In this document: positions 40,385-53,994 of the stretch, in pieces
How positions within the stretch are numbered: position 1 is the stretch's first letter
Layout: each line of letters starts with the position of its first letter
Assembly: GCA_951406725.2 (NCBI GenBank)
Contig: OX597825.1
Location: forward strand, 58,962,001 to 59,026,000
DNA length: 64,000 nt
Origin: Octopus vulgaris
Taxonomy: Eukaryota
Direction: 5' to 3'
Made by a program: the position numbers and the translations under genes
Notes under the pieces: model-generated
What the model saw: only the letters and a program-made list of their open reading frames with translations
Told to the model about the DNA's origin: nothing
Database searches by the model: none

Positions 40385-41602
40385 GTTGGTGCTTGTATGG
40401 CAGGTGCTAGCGTAACGAAAACAGCCAAAATGTTTGGTGTATCAAGAAGTACTGTCTCTAGAGTAATGACAGCCTTTGAGAAAGAAGGAAAACTTTTTCG
40501 TCGAAACAAAACTCTGGAAGAAAACCAAAACTTTCAGATTGGGACCATCAGACTCTTGCAAAATGTTATAATAATAATAATAATAATAATAATTGTGTAT
40601 AGTGCTCAGGTGCACTACAACTCATCTAAAGTGTATATATAATCAGGTGTAGTTTCGGCGGATTTCGGAAAGCATGAGGGCCTTAAAGGATGCAGTGTCA
40701 TGGCAGTCAACAACTGACGCAGGCAGTTTATTCCATGCTTCAGCATACATGCATACACAGGCGTATGTACGTACAGAAAGGATCACAAAAGTACAGCTCC
40801 CAAAATTACTGCAGAGCTTCATGACCATCTCAAGAACCCAGTTCCTACAAAAACTGTTCGCTGGGAGCTGCACAAAGCTGGATTTCACGAGAGGGCTGCA
40901 ATCAGAAAACCATTTCTTTCAAAAACAAATGTTGCAAAGTATTTAGAGTGGAGTAAAAAACCTACAGCATTGGCCCCCTGGAGCAGTGGAAGAATGTTGT
41001 TTTCTTGGACGAGTCATCCTTTACCTTATTTCCAACCACTGGCTGAGTATACGTATGGAGACAGCTAAAAGAAGCATTTTACCCAGAGTGTCTTCTTCCA
41101 ACTGTTAAACATGGAGGAGGATCTGTGATGATGGGGGGGGGGGCTATAACTTAGAAATCCACCAGCCCAATGGTTTCCCTTCATGGCAGAATTAATAGTC
41201 ATGACTATTTAAGCATTTTATCTGATCAAATCCATCCTATGGTTGTGGAACTGTTTCCAGAGGGAAACGTAATCTTTCAGGATGATAATGCACCAATTCA
41301 CACAGCTAAAGTTGTTACTGAATGGCATGAGAAACATTCTAATGAAGTTGAACATCTTATCTGGCCACCACAGTCCCCAGATCTCAATATTATTGAACAT
41401 TTATGGTGCATTTTAGAAAAACAAGTAAGGAGTCAATATCCTCCACCATCATCACTACAAAACCTGGAGACTGTTTTAGCTGAAGAATGGACAAAAATTC
41501 CTATGGAAACAATTTAAACTTTGTATGAGTTCATACCTTGTAGAATTCAAGCTGTAATTATGACCAAATTTTAAGGTGTTTCCATTATTCTGTCCAACCC
41601 CT
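40381..41602 (+). mobile_element. Tc1-family transposon relic with DD36E catalytic spacing
   Basis: HTH region IVGACMAGASVTKTAKMFGVSRSTVSRV, then DES..TVKHGGGSVM, then FQDDNAPIH..WPPQSPDLNIIE. Right TIR-like end at about 41575-41602; left end missing; stops and frameshifts present. Confidence 0.9.
40568..40745 (-). mobile_element. Short CR1-like LINE 3' end inserted in the Tc1 relic
   Basis: AEAWNKLPASVVDCHDTASFKALMLSEIRRNYT is homologous to 2400-2504; (TTA)n tail. Confidence 0.8.
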
Positions 41603-42843
41603 CTTTCTATATGTGTGTTTGCGTAATGTCTCTGTGTTTGTGGTTGTCCCCCTACCATCGCTTGACAACCAGTGTTGGTGTGTTTATGTCCCTACAATTT
41701 AGCAGTTCGGCAAAAAAGACCAATAGAATAAATACTAGGCTTACAAAGGATAAGTCCTGGGATCGACTTCTTCAACTAAAAAAAACCTTTTAAGGTGGTG
41801 GTCCAGCATGGCTGCAGTCAAATGACTGAAACAAGTAAAATAATAAAAGGAAGAATCTAACTCAAAAGATTTATAGAGGTTTGGTGGAAGGAGTGAAAAG
41901 TGGAACCAGTGAGTCTAGGTTGTTAGTCCTTGATCAGTTCTGATCAAACAGATCTGTGATCAAAAGCATTCCAGTTTCGACCATCTCCACTCCTTTTTTA
42001 CTCCCCCTATGATCATCTCATTTCATATTTTTTACTGCCCCTAAGATATGTTGCAAGGTCTATATCATCAAAAGTGTCTTTCCTGTATTCTTTTTTGTTT
42101 TTTAAAAGTGAATGAATGTGATTTGAGGGAAATTTGGCTGTTATTTCTAGTAGGCTCAGTGACCACATAAAAACCTCTTGTTTTGGCTCTGCTAGGTAGA
42201 TATATCTATATCTATCTATCTGTCTGCCTGTCTATCTATTGAGCTAGCTATGGGACTGGTTGGTTGGTCAGTAAAGTTTAAATCTAGTAAGGAGTGACTT
42301 GGTAAAATTACTTAATGATAAAGGAATTGAACAAACAAGTAACAAAGGGATTTTTCCTGTTTATGATGATCAATAAAAGAGATCTCAGTTATTACAAACT
42401 GCTGACATAAAATAAACTGTCGACACACAAATCTTATTGATTTTCCTTTTGGTTTTTTTTTAAAACTTAAACACTCTTGACACTGCAAACACTACATCAC
42501 AGTCAGAAAATAGTTCAGCCCACAACCGATACTGACTAACCCTCCATAAAGCCTATGAGATGTGACCCACAATGCAGCACTACTCCTACCTGTGGGAGCA
42601 GTGCTGCTGCTGCTGCTGCTACACACCTTGATATCCTACTCTGCACTCAAAGAAAGGCCACTTGACTGATTTACCATGCAGCCACACAATAACACACTCC
42701 AACCTCTGTCCCATAAACATGCTGTTCTTTTCTCTCTCTCTCTCTTTGTTTTCCACTGTTATTATAATAGCCTCTGTTCTTTTAGAGTTGGTTTGTGCCA
42801 TACCATCTCCACTCAGACACTCTTGAGTTACTCATCTCTCCTC

Positions 42844-43116
42844 CCAAGTTGTGGAGTCAAAACAAAAAACTTTGACTCTGAGTCTGACTCCACTACTATT
42901 GGTACCTCCGACTCCTCTTTCTGTAATTAAGTGATTGTAGTCTACATGTCTTATAAAGCATATACATACACTTGCATTTTGAGTAGGCCTATCTGTTATA
43001 ACTGGTTTATATTAAAGAATAAAAATACTATGAGTCAGAGTCATAGCCGATATAGTTTTACCAAATCTGACTCCAGCTACCCCTTAATTGATTCCGACTC
43101 TGACTCCACAGCCCTG
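42844..43116. mobile_element. Small non-autonomous DNA element with GACTCC/GGAGTC subterminal repeats
   Basis: TGTGGAGTC at the left end, GACTCCACAGCCCTG at the right end, and several internal GACTCY motifs. Confidence 0.45.
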
Positions 43117-43520
43117 TCTCCTCCTACCTATATTCCTCCTCTTCCCCTCTCACCTCAGGATCTGTCCTAACTACAAAATTCCCAATCCTTCTTTTCTCAG
43201 AATGACTCCCCCTGGAATCACCTCATGTCTTATGTATACCCTGTAGCTACAGATTTCTAACAATTTAAGCAGAACATTAACCACATAAATACATGTCTTT
43301 GTGTCTGTATTTATCCCCCACATCACCGCTTGACAACTGGTGTTGGTGTGTTCATGTTCCTGTAACTTAACAGTTCAGCCAAAGGAGACCAATAGAATAA
43401 GTAAAGTTTTAAAAAGAAATAAGTCCTGGGATCAATTTCTTCAATTAAAACCCTTTAAGGCGGTGCTCCAGCATGGTTGCAGTCAAATGACTGAAACAAG
43501 TAAAAGAAGAATATTTCATA

Positions 43521-43592
43521 GCCGTGATCGTCTAGTGGTTAGGACCCCACGTTGTGGCCATGGTAACCCAGGTTCGAATCCTGGTCACGGCA
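43521..43592 (+). tRNA. tRNA-His(GTG) gene or recent pseudogene
   Basis: 72-nt cloverleaf GCCGTGA...TCACGGCA with anticodon GTG at 43554-43556, intact A and B boxes, and a TTTT terminator at 43605-43608. One C:A mismatch in the anticodon stem (43560). Confidence 0.88.
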
Positions 43593-43779
43593 GCCTCCCT
43601 ATAATTTTATAGGCACAGGAGTGGTTGTGTGGTAAGTAGCTTGCTTACCAACCACATGGTTCTGGGTTCAGTCCCACAGCATGGCACCTTGGGCAAGTGT
43701 CTTCTACTATAGCCTCGGGCCGACCAAAGCCTTGTGAGTAGATTTGGTAGACGGAAACTGAAAGAAGCTCGTCATATAC

Positions 43780-43815
<36 letters not shown>

Positions 43816-44204
43816 ATCCCCCCACCCCCAGCATTGCTTGACAACCGATGCTGGTGTGTTTACGTCCCCATAACTTAGCGGTTTGGCAAAAGAGGCCAAT
43901 AGAATAAGTACTAGGCTTGCAAAGAATAAGTCCTGGGGGTTGATTTGCTCGACTAAAGACGGTGCTCCAGCATGGCCACAGTCAAATGACTGAGAGGAGC
44001 AGAGGAGTTTAGTTAAATAATTTTGTATTATGTATGGAACATAAATTAGCATGAAATTTTGAAGGAAAGTTTTTAATTTGAATCACTTTAAAACAGGAAG
44101 TTTGTATCATTGAACCAGCGTGGTCTCAACTTTGGTAGATTAGGAACAAAAGAGTTTCAGCACTTGCATTGTTTAGTCAAAACTCAGAATAATTAATTCA
44201 TATA

Positions 44205-44593
44205 TCTTTATATATAAAAGTGAAGTTGTGTGTCTGTCTCCTATGATTTAGATTCCTAACTACTCCCACATTTTGCAGTGCAGTTTAACCAAAACCGGGT
44301 ATCTTATAGTCGTGATTCATATCGAGCCCTTCTGGGTACTAGCGCGCGTCTACGATGAGTCTACAATTTAAAAAAAGTTTACCATCATTTTTTTCCATTT
44401 TTTTCGCTATTATATAAGGGAAGTAACTCTCTAAAAATGTCTACGATGAGTCAACGATTTAAAAAAAAATTTACCATCAATTTTTTTCCATTTTTAATGC
44501 ATTTTTTTTGCTATTTTTTGGCTATAACTCTCTAAAAATGCTTATATAGTTATTTCCCTTACAAACCCGAGCAACGCCGGGCGATACTGCTAG
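44205..44593 (+). mobile_element. Non-autonomous Helitron-like element
   Basis: A|TCTTTATATATAAAAG start, hairpin CCCG..CGGG, CTAG|T end, and an internal direct duplication. Confidence 0.8.
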
Positions 44594-44838
44594 TTGTACA
44601 TAAAACTATATTTTCTTTTACTTTTTTTTTTACTTGTTTCAGTCATTTGACGGTGGCTGTGCTGGAGCAGCGCCTTTAGTCGAGCAAATCAACCCCAGGA
44701 CTTATTCTTTGTAAGCCTGGTACTTATTCTATCGGTCTCTTTTGCTGAACCGCTAAGTTATGGGGATGCAAATACACCAGCATCGGTTGTCAAGCGATGT
44801 TGGGGGGACAAACACAGACACACAAACGTATACACACA

Positions 44839-44886
<48 letters not shown>

Positions 44887-45215
44887 CATACATATATACG
44901 ATGGGCTTCTTTCAGTTTCCGTCTACCAAATCCGAGTGCTAAAGAGTGAAAATCTTCCAACAGGAAATTCCTCTATACCTCTTAAACATTACCACTCTTG
45001 GATAGTTAATTTATGTTGAACTGTCAAATAACCTTCAAATCAAACCCTACACTCTTTTTAAAATGAAGTAGCTTGCTTACCAACCACATGGTCCCGGGTT
45101 CAGTCCCACTGTGTGGCACCTTGGGCAAGTGTCTTCTACTATAGCCTCGGGCTGACTAAAGCCTTGTGAGTAGATTTGGAAGACGGAAACTGAAAGAAGC
45201 CTGTCGTATATATGC

Positions 45216-45265
<50 letters not shown>

Positions 45266-45752
45266 GTGTGTGTATATGTTTGTGCCCCCCAACATCGCTT
45301 GACAACTGATGCTGGTGTATTTATGCCCCTGTAACTAAACCATTCGGAAAAAGAGACCGATAGAATAAGTACTAGGCTTACAAAGAATAAGTCCTGGGGT
45401 CAATTTGCCTGACTAAAGACGGTGCTCCGGCATGGCCACAGTCAAATGACTGAAACAAGTAAAAGAGTAAAAGACCAACAAACAACAAAACAAAACTAAT
45501 GATCATTTTGGACACCTAAACTGAGATAAGCTATGTATGAAACAATGGGCTGGTCATGACTGGAATGTCTTTGATCATAGGTTTGCCTGGTTAGAGTTAA
45601 CGTAGACCTAAACAACAATAACAATAATAAATAATTAATTTTCTTGCACAAAAGGACACATGATTAGAGTCACAAATGTTGTGATGCTCAAGCCTTTCCC
45701 AGTGACATTAAAGACGCAAGGAAAAGGGAGCAAAATGAGGCAAAAAATAAAA

Positions 45753-45840
45753 TGGCTTCGAGCAGAGATTGAACCCTGATCTCAGATTCAGCGTACTGCG
45801 ATACTATCTGTTGCTCTACCACACTGCTCGTTATGTAAGC
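45753..45840 (-). pseudogene. Degenerate tRNA-like sequence
   Basis: TGGTAGAGC (A box-like), a CAGAT/ATCTG stem with an oversized loop, GGTTCAATC (B box-like), a CTCGAAGCCA end, then a T-run. The acceptor stem is broken. Confidence 0.3.
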
Positions 45841-46504
45841 AACACAAATTACAGTTTACTTGAAAGTTAATGTGAGGGATTATGCATTAGTTCTTCTATT
45901 TAATAATACGTTACAATTTTCTTTCTTCGTTGTTGTTGTTGCTACAGTAGTGGTGGCTATTGCTGTAGTTGTTACCTAGATTAGGTGACACCCCTATTAC
46001 AACACCTTGCATTCTGAGCAAGGTGGTAGTGGTAGTGGTGGTGGGGGGAATGAATGAAAGGTAGCCCAGTCACTGGTGGGGGTGAGGCGTCGTCAGTTGC
46101 AAGTAGGAGCAAAATCAGTAGTTTTCATAGTACAGTTGAAGGTGATGTTGTGGTGGTGGTGGTGATAGTAGTGTTAATGTTGTTAGTTAGTTAATAGTGT
46201 TGTTGGTGGTGGTGTTGGTGATTAAGTTGCTAACAGTGGTCTGGTCTTGCTGGTGTTGGCAGCGTTGTAGATAGTTCGTTAGTAGTGGAGTAGTAGAAAA
46301 AGGTGGTGTGTTATTATACTGAAGGTGTTGTTGGGAGTGGTGGCGGTGGTGTTGGTAAGACAGGTGTTGGAGGGATGTGTGGGTCATGCCTCATGGACAA
46401 AAGGGCAAGTGGACAGAAAAGAAAGAGGGGAAGGAAAATAAAGAAAGCAACTGAAGAAGAGCAATGAAGAATGGAGAGACAGAGAAGAAAAGGAAAGAGA
46501 AGAC

Positions 46505-46927
46505 AAACACACACACACACATAAACATAGGAAGTACCTAAACAAAGACATACATATAAACACACACACACACATATATATATATATACGCACACATATA
46601 TATACACATACATACACACACAAACACACATATACACACACAAACATAGGAAGTACCTAAACAAATACATACATATAAACACACACATACACACAAGAGT
46701 ACAGACATAGGCAGGTACCCAAAGGCATACACAGATATATATATACATATGCACATACATACACATACACACACACACACATATAGATATACATATATGC
46801 ACACATATATATACACATACATACACACACAAACATAGGAAGTACCTAAACAAAGACATACATATAAACACACATACACACAAGCATACAAACATAGGCA
46901 GGTACCCAAACACATACAAAGATATAT

Positions 46928-46962
<35 letters not shown>

Positions 46963-47170
46963 CGCACACACACATATATATATATATATGCACACACACA
47001 TATACATATATATATATACGTATACACACACACATTCACAAAGGCAGGTACCCAAACATAAACATATAAAAAGACACGTACACACATAGACATACAAACA
47101 TAAACACACACATACACACAAAGAGCCACTGAATACAGACATACACTCACACACACACACACACATAAAC
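46505..47170. repeat. Compound (CA)/(TA) repeat with duplicated unique blocks
   Basis: AAACATAGGAAGTACCTAAACAAA occurs three times and AGGCAGGTACCCAAA three times. Confidence 0.85.
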
Positions 47171-48452
47171 AAAGAGTGACTGAACTAGACACAGCCATAG
47201 CAGCAGCAATGATAATTATGAATGAAGGGCAACAGTTGTTAATGAATCAAACAGGTAGGAGAAGGTGATGACTGCATCATTATTGTTGCTGCTACTGCTG
47301 CCGTAGTTTAACCCCAGGTCAGCACTAGCTGAACTGACCTATGATCAAAGATGTTTCATCCATAACCACTCCATTTTATTCTTTTCCTTTTTCATCAGCT
47401 TCGGCAGTATTTTCGCTGCTATTTCTAGCAACCTGACAGACCACATAAAAGTTTACGACAGATGTAGTGTTGTTGATACTGTTTGTTAAAACCTGTTACT
47501 CCTGTTAGTTGTACATATATCCTTAGAAATAGTGGGGTATACCTACCTTTATATTATACAGTGTATGGGGCGTGGTCCCTATTTTATAGATTGATGGGGA
47601 GTTTAAACTATATATAGTTCTAGATATGTAAGCACCATCCTGTTTCGTTGTATATCTAAGGTTGCATAGTTAAATGTATCCTTCATTTATTTAAGACAGA
47701 GGAGTATGATCCAAGGGAAGTTTGGCTGCTATTTCTACTGGATCACATGACATTATAGTGGAAGGTAGAATTGGTTGTGAAGCAGAGCAGGTTTATCAAC
47801 TGGTTTCTGTACTCTTATTGTTTCCGCCATGTGAGTAGATGTCTCACACATGGGTAGTTGGCGACATAAAAGGGTAAAGTTACCTTCTTGAGTCATGCTG
47901 ACTCATAAGGGCTCGTTTCTGTGGTGTACAAATTCCCCACCAAGACAGGACGCCAGTCTGTTGTAGAATTATTCATTTTTGCCAGTTGAGTGGACCCGAG
48001 CAAAGTGAAATGGAGTGTTTTGCTCAAGAACACAACACGTCACCTGGTCCAGGAATCGAAACCACAGTCTTACGATCATGATTCCAACACCCTAACCACT
48101 AAGCCATGTGCCTCCACTGGCAACTTAAAGGATATACCATACTTTCATCTAGTAGGCTATCATCATCATCATCATCATCGTTTAACATCTGTTTTCCATA
48201 CTGGTATGGGTTGGACGGTTTGATTAGGGGCTGGTAAGCCAGGAGGCTGCACCAGGATCCAATCTGATCTGGCAAGGTTTCTACAGCTGGATGCCCTTCC
48301 TATACCAACCACTCCGAGAGTGTAGTGGATGCTTTTTACATGCCACCAGCACGGGAGCCAGCTATATTGTTAAGAAACTTTTTTTGCAACCGAGTTGTTT
48401 TGGGTTCAGTCCAACTGCATGGTGCCTCGGGGCAGATGTGTATGTGTGTGTA

Positions 48453-48763
48453 CAGATTCTCAACTGATTTGATCTCTGGAGGTCCATGTTAGCAAAATAG
48501 TAAATTGGGAATCAACATTAGTATTTTAATGGTCCATAAAAACATTTTGTATGTATTGGTGGGTATTGCTAAAAACAGCGAGATTGCTTTCCCTAATATT
48601 TTACATAGTTCAACCTATACAGGTTAATGTGTGAAAAACAAAATGAGAATTTTGAAATAAGTATCTATAGAACTAGTTTCTGAATACTGAATGGTTATGG
48701 GGGTCCAACAGAATAAAAAAGTAATCAAAGGGTCTATAGATAAAAAATGGTTGAGAACCACTG
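48453..48763. mobile_element. hAT-type MITE
   Basis: Termini CAGATTCTCAAC / GTTGAGAACCACTG with internal GGTCCA motifs like those at 35180-35230. Confidence 0.55.
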
Positions 48764-51346
48764 GTTTATATGTTGTGGCAGTGTGTGTATTGTATAATCA
48801 CCACTGTTCAATATGGTAGTGTTAAGGTCAGTGTCATGGTCGGTGCAAGGATGATATAATAATCATTGGTGTCAGTTCAGTTGTTTAACCTCAGGCCAGA
48901 CCTAATTAAGCAGGTTTGTGATCAAAAACATCCAAGCTGTGACCATCCTGTCTTTCATTCATCGTGTATCCTGGACAACATTATCCAATGTTGCTCTCAT
49001 TTTTTTTAAAAAGCAGCATGTTGTGATTTGAGAGAGATTTGCTGACTATTGATAGAATGACAATCAAACATGTAGAATCTATCTCCTGGAGAAAAATTCT
49101 TTACCAATTTTGAGGCTGAACATTCAGTGGTTTGAACAATTGAATTACTGACTTGTTAAATTAACAAGTGGCTGAGTATTCCACAAACATGTGTATCTTT
49201 AGGATGATTCCCAAGTTGAATCAATGATACAGTGTGATGAGGACAGACCATTGAATTACAAGTACAATTCATCTGACAAGCTTCTGCACAGTTTCCATTG
49301 AGTCAATTTCACCTACAAGGCTTGGGTTGAGCCGGGGTTATAACTAAATGACTTGCCCAAGATGTCACACAGTGGGATTGAATCTGAGATCACATAATTG
49401 TGGAGTGGGTTTATTAACCACTCTGTGTTCCCTACAGTCACTTCTCTTTTGGTACTTAGCATGTTGCCGGCGTTGTGGTTAATGGTGTTGGTTATTGTGA
49501 TGATGATGTGGAGTGGTTGAATAAACGTGCTTAATCTAGTTCCAACAGTATGATATGGAAATAAGATACCAAAATAGGCAATAACTCTTATAAATCAATG
49601 GGGCCACAATATTAACCCTGCACTCTTTAATCTAGAGAGAAGAAAGGGTTATCCTCATTAACTGATGTAGAGTAGAGAGGACTCTTCTTTACAAGTTCTC
49701 TAGTGCTGCTGGCACAAGAGAAATACACGTAGCTGTAATAACCATGTTAAAAACAAAACAAAGCATGCCATATGCAATGACAACCAGGATGAAGGTTCAT
49801 GCTCAACCCAAAGGGTTAACAATTTGTCAGTAGGCAGGCCATAAACCAGGCACCCTGGGTATGTTACATGTACACGTGGTCTGGAAACATTATGGATTGC
49901 TAGGTTGTACAGTGTAGTAGGGTGGTTGGCTGGCAGTCAGTTGAAGAACTGTAGGGTAGATTGTAGCAGTCAGAAGGGATTTACATGGGGGTACCCTATT
50001 TCATGTTGCTCCAGTTCACTCGGCTGTAGAAATGAGTTGCGATATCACTAGTGCCAAGCTGTATTGGCCTTCGCCTTTTCCCTTGGATAACATCAGTGGT
50101 GTGGAGAGGGGAGGCTGGTATGCATGGGTGACCGCTGGTCTTCCATAGACAGTCTTGCCTAGACTTGTGCATCAGAAGGGAACTTTCTAGGTGCAATCCC
50201 CATGGTCATTCATGACTGAAGAAAGTCCTCCTCTAACCTGTGGCAATCTAAATTGTGACGGGTACTGTGCAGTAGAAGTTGGGATATGTATTATGGGGCA
50301 CCCTGTAACGTTCCAGGGTCAATTATATGAAGCATGCTACTGAGTGTAGATTAATATAACACCTGGGTACACGATGTAGGGACCAGCATACCGTTAGGAC
50401 ACGTGTAGAGAGATGTATGGAGCTAGATGGTATTAGGTGCAGGGACACATCAGGTGTATCTTCTGAGGGGTATGCAGGGTGGCAACTAAGATATATGCTA
50501 TGTGGAAGCCAGGGTAACAAATAACAACTGTGTAGGGGTACAGCATAACAGTTGAGAACATATATATTGAATGAAGTACAGGGTGAATGCTAGATATATA
50601 TATCATGTAAGGTATAGGTTGACACCCATAGTATATATTGTGTGAAGTGCAGGGTGAGAGAAATGTTATATATTGTGTGAGGTACAGAGTAGCAGTAGAC
50701 AGGGTATATATTTTATGGGGTGCAGAGATCAAAGATGTTCTAGCCATGACCAACCCACTGATTTGTTTTCCTAAGAAACAGTTTACCCAGTACTACATTA
50801 TGCAATGTGGCATTATAGTGGGTGGTGAGATAAGCTGTGATGGGTGATGGTAGAGATATTGTTGTTGTTCTTGTTGGTAATAGGTGTATGCTGTTGTTGG
50901 TGATGATGATGATAGTGGCGATAATGTGGTCAGTGGTGTTGATGCTGCTGTTAAAAAAATGATAAACATCGCCCTTTTCAAGCTTAGCCAGGCTCATGGG
51001 CCCGGTTTCCCGGTTTCTGTGGCGTATGCGTTCCCCCCAGCTGGACGGGACGCCAGTCCATCGCAGCGTTACTCAAGAAAGAGGAAGAGAGAGTGAGAGA
51101 AAGTTGTGGTGAAAGAGTACATCAGGGGTCACCACCACCCCCTGCCAGAGCATCGTGGAGCTTTTAGGTGTTTTCGTTCATAATCATACACAACGCCCGG
51201 TCTGGGAATTGAAACTGTTAATGTTGTTTGGCGGTGATAGTTATGTTCAGGTTGATAGTGGTGATGTTGGTTGGGACATGTTATAACTGAGTGGTGTTAA
51301 TGTAATTTGTTGGTGATGGGAGTGGGGGAGATAGATCTAAACTCAC

Positions 51347-51427
51347 CTGAAAGACTGTAGACAAAGTAATGTCAGAAGACGAGCCATTTTTATCCTCTTC
51401 ATAGGTAAAATCCTCTTCCTCCTCCAT
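51347..51427 (-). CDS. Candidate first coding exon (MEEEEDFTYEEDKNGSSSDITLSTVFQ) of the DAPK1-like gene
   Basis: ATG in good context (ggcATGG), 27 open codons, and a consensus donor CAG|gtgagt in phase 0 compatible with the exon starting at 6307. It lies in non-repetitive sequence. Confidence 0.55.
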
Positions 51428-51480
51428 GCCAACCAAAACATAAACAAACACCCTCCAATCCGAGGGTACACCGTTTTTTT

Positions 51481-51488
51481 TTTATATA
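51481..51488 (-). promoter_or_regulatory. Possible TATA box (TATATAAA) upstream of the candidate first exon
   Basis: Lies 54 nt upstream of the ATG at 51427. The motif is common in this AT-rich DNA, so support is weak. Confidence 0.2.
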
Positions 51489-51715
51489 GGTAACACACAC
51501 ATGAATTCACATAGATACATGTGTGTTTATGTGTGCGTGTGATGATACGAAGGTGTGTAGATACAGGTGTAAACAGATTCCAACGAGAAAAAGTAACGGA
51601 TAATTGTTTTTAAGGACAGAGAAAATCTCTGCCTGTCAGTTGTACATCTGATATTTTGTTATTTAAAATTTCACTTTTTGTTTCAGCTCAGTGCTACACT
51701 CTCTGTATGTCAGAC

Positions 51716-51758
<43 letters not shown>

Positions 51759-52027
51759 CGTGATGGTTGTGGTGGTGGTAGGAGAAATAGGAAGGTGATA
51801 AACATTAAAAAAAATGATTGGAAGTGGGGAAGGAAGAGAAACAGTCATACTAAGAGTAACAGGTGAGACAGAGAGAGAGGAAGGGGGAGGATGAGACAGA
51901 GAGAGAGAGATAGATTAAGGGCAGCAGTTGAGATGGTTATCACACAGAAAAATATGGCCAAGAATACCCACTGGTAAAATAGCACAGCAGCCTTTGTGTT
52001 ACACACTTCATCATATGGATGTATAGG

Positions 52028-52060
<33 letters not shown>

Positions 52061-52292
52061 ATGTGTGTATATATATATAAATAAATAAATACATGTATTA
52101 TATATATATATATATATATAATATAAATACATGTATTATGTATATATCTACTCTCTTTACTCTCTTTTACTTGTTTCATTTATTTGACTGTGGCCATGCT
52201 GGAGCACTGCCTTTAATCAAGCAACACGACCCCCAGGACTTATTCTTTGTAGGCCCAGTACTTATTCTATCTAATATATCTAATGTACATAC

Positions 52293-52337
<45 letters not shown>

Positions 52338-52877
52338 CACACACGTGCACTCCTGTTTTTGTTAACACACCCATATAAAAGTAACAAAACAAAGACATAT
52401 GACCGTGTGTGTGTGTGTAAGTTTGAAAAGGTGGAAGATTCTGTTAGTGATTAGGACATTGACAGGTGTAAGTTTAACATACTTGTATGAACGTGTGTGT
52501 ATAAGTGTGAACATACATAAATGCATACACATGCATATATATATATATATGTATGTAACAAATTCGAGCGTAATGAAGTCCTTGGACCCATCAGATCTTG
52601 CCAAACCATTGAACCAATGCCAGTATGGATGATGGATGTTAAGAGATGATGGCAACAGCAATACATACACACACACACACAAGTGTGAGTGTATGTGCGC
52701 GTGTCTGTGCACACATCGACATGTGCATTATAAGTACATATATTCTAGTTGGCTATCTCAGGTATATGTTAAGTGGACTGCTTGCATTTTCACATCTGAC
52801 ACTGAAATACTAATTGCATGTATGTGTGTGTGTGTGTACTCATGTATCTACTCAGACCTGCATGTGTGTATGTATAT

Positions 52878-52925
<48 letters not shown>

Positions 52926-53213
52926 CTTTTTATCGTTTATTTGTTTCAGCCATTAATCTGTGGTCATGCAGGGGCACTGCCTTGAAGGGCTTTAGTTGAA
53001 CAAATTGACCCCAGGACTTATTTTTCTTTTTTAAGCCTAATACTTGTTGTATTGGCTCTCTTTTGCTGAACCGATAAGTTACAGGGACATAAACACACCA
53101 ACACCAGTTGTCAAGTTGTGGTGGTGGGACAAACACACACACAAAGGCACACACTCATACATGATGGGCTTTTTTCAGTTTCTGACCTGCACTTATATGT
53201 TTCTGTGTGTGTG

Positions 53214-53257
<44 letters not shown>

Positions 53258-53994
53258 ATCATCATCGTCATCGTTTAGTGTTCGCTTTCCATGCTGGCAT
53301 GGGTTGGACAGTTTGACTGAGGGCTGGCAAGCCAGAAGGCTGCACCAGGCTCCAATCCGACCTGGCAACGTTTCTACAGCTGGATGCCCTTCCTAACACC
53401 AACCACTCCGAGAGTGTTGCAGGTGCTTTTTACGTGTCACCAGCATGAAGGCCAGTCAGGCGGTACTGGCAACGGTCACACTTGCATGGTGCTTTTTAAG
53501 TGTCACAATGGCACAAAAGCCAGTCAGGCAGCACTGGCTATATATATATAAGCACAGGTATGACTGTGTGGTTGTGTGGTTAAGAAGCTTGCCTTGCAAC
53601 CATGTTGTTCCATGTTCAGTTCCACTTTGCAGCACCTTGGGGGAAGTATCAACCAATGCCTTGTTGCATGAATTTGGTAAATGGAAACTATGCAGAAGCC
53701 TGTTATGCATGTATGTGTGTTGGTTTGTTAACATCCCTGTAACTTAGTAGTTTAGCAAAAGCAACTGATAGAAGTAGTACCAGACTTTAAAAATAAGGTA
53801 AATACTAGGGTTGTTCTGCTTGACTAAAATCCTCAATGGCTGCAATCCAGTGATTGAAACAAGAAGAAAAGAATGACACACACACATACATGCATATATT
53901 TATAATTTACACAAATATAATACATACACACATCTATAGATATATATACATTCATATATATATGCATATGTGGATGGATCTATCTATCTATCTA

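Noticed and set aside
43645-44052. Recurrent peptide QIHSQGFGRPEAIVEDTCPRCHAVGLNPEPCGW suggesting a multigene family
   Set aside because: It is the antisense translation of the SINE family A head; frames and stops vary between copies.
46314-47198. 294-aa ORF and similar C/V/Y/I-rich ORFs (27180-27612, 35582-35937, 37784-38198, 11125-11673, 63560-63922)
   Set aside because: These are translations of microsatellites that happen to lack stop codons.
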